Positions 34,609 to 35,180 of a DNA stretch of 35,180 nt are shown in pieces (within the stretch, counting starts at the first letter, position 1; each line of letters starts with the position of its first letter). The notes below the pieces were generated by a model that had not been told where the DNA came from, ran no database searches, and saw only the letters and a program-made list of their open reading frames with translations. The translations under genes were made by a program, and so were the position numbers. Origin of the DNA: a virus (Duplodnaviria; Caudoviricetes); IMG/VR virus record IMGVR_UViG_3300030397_000237, positions 1 through 35,180 of that record. One strand, written 5' to 3'.

Positions 34609-35180
34609 AATAAGGCAGATTTATTATTCTCCAGTACAGTATGGAATGCTGGAAGAAGATTTTGAACCCTACTATAGCCCTGATTCAGATAAATTCTTAG
34701 AGAGTGGTGTAATAGCTAAGTTATATCAGCAAAAAGATCACCTAGGTAGTGATTACTATGGAGTGTTTAGCTGGAAGTTCAGGCAGAAGAACGCATATAC
34801 AGGAAGCATGATAAGGCATCTGGTTTCTCAGAACGAGGAGTTTGATGCTTTTTCTTTTTTTAAAAAAGAAGAAGAGAAGCTACAGAATAAAAATATGTGG
34901 ATACAAGGCGATAATTGGCATCCATTATTCACTGAGGTAGGTAAAAGGATCTTTGAAAAGCTAGGGATAGAAGATGTTACCAAGATAGAAACTCGGTGTG
35001 TGTATCAGAATGCTTGGATCGCGAAAAGGGAGGTGTTTGAAAGCTATTGTAAAGAGCTGCTTGTGCCTGTTATTGATTTAATCAACCAAGATCCAGAGAT
35101 TGGCAGTTTATGTAATAGTAACGCTCACTATAGAACAAGGGATAAGATAAGCAAAGAGAGGTGTATGAAGTTATTTGGCA
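34598..35180 (+). CDS. DUF4422-like glycosyltransferase, 223 aa when joined to 1..212; not in the ORF track
   Basis: MNIRIRQIYY...ES.VI..LY...DYYGVFSWKF...YQNAWIAKREVFESYC.ELL.P...PFITERLF resembles the DUF4422 (GT111-type) motif order. Confidence 0.68.
   Translation, partial: MNIRIRQIYYSPVQYGMLEEDFEPYYSPDSDKFLESGVIAKLYQQKDHLGSDYYGVFSWKFRQKNAYTGSMIRHLVSQNEEFDAFSFFKKEEEKLQNKNMWIQGDNWHPLFTEVGKRIFEKLGIEDVTKIETRCVYQNAWIAKREVFESYCKELLVPVIDLINQDPEIGSLCNSNAHYRTRDKISKERCMKLFG
35058..35180. repeat. Terminal direct repeat, copy 2
   Basis: Identical to 1-123. Confidence 0.97.

Noticed and set aside
1-35180. Alternative genetic code or introns/inteins
   Set aside because: Genes tile the genome in the standard code with all three stops used; TerL, DnaB and portal have normal lengths

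Overview
The window is an apparently complete, circularly assembled tailed-phage genome. Bases 35058-35180 repeat bases 1-123 exactly, giving a unit length of about 35,057 bp. It looks like a siphovirus: tail tube, 733-aa tape measure, no sheath. Perfect TTTG-N19/20-TAnnTTTG promoters and the general lack of Shine-Dalgarno motifs point to a Bacteroidota host. Modules: (i) late/structural genes on + (TerS, TerL, a frameshifting chaperone-like gene, neck/tail proteins, tape measure, HTH activator candidate, protease-scaffold, capsid, tail tube, then across the junction a six-gene glycosyltransferase/methyltransferase cluster, portal, YadA-repeat fibre, adaptor and lysis genes); (ii) a leftward lambda-like replication block (iteron-bearing initiator, DnaB, nucleases); (iii) a rightward block of small early genes. 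I found no integrase, DNA polymerase, tRNA or CRISPR array. Most notable: a stand-alone CheY-like receiver domain with an intact phosphoacceptor site overlapping both a holin-like gene and the endolysin; a glycan-building operon between capsid/tail-tube and portal (candidate virion glycosylation); an unannotated -1 frameshift at a T9 run; and a late-promoter architecture (TGTTTC-N7-GAAACA-type dyad, 20 bp, -7 box, 3-4 nt, start codon) found three times. All family assignments come from motif recognition by eye, not database searches.
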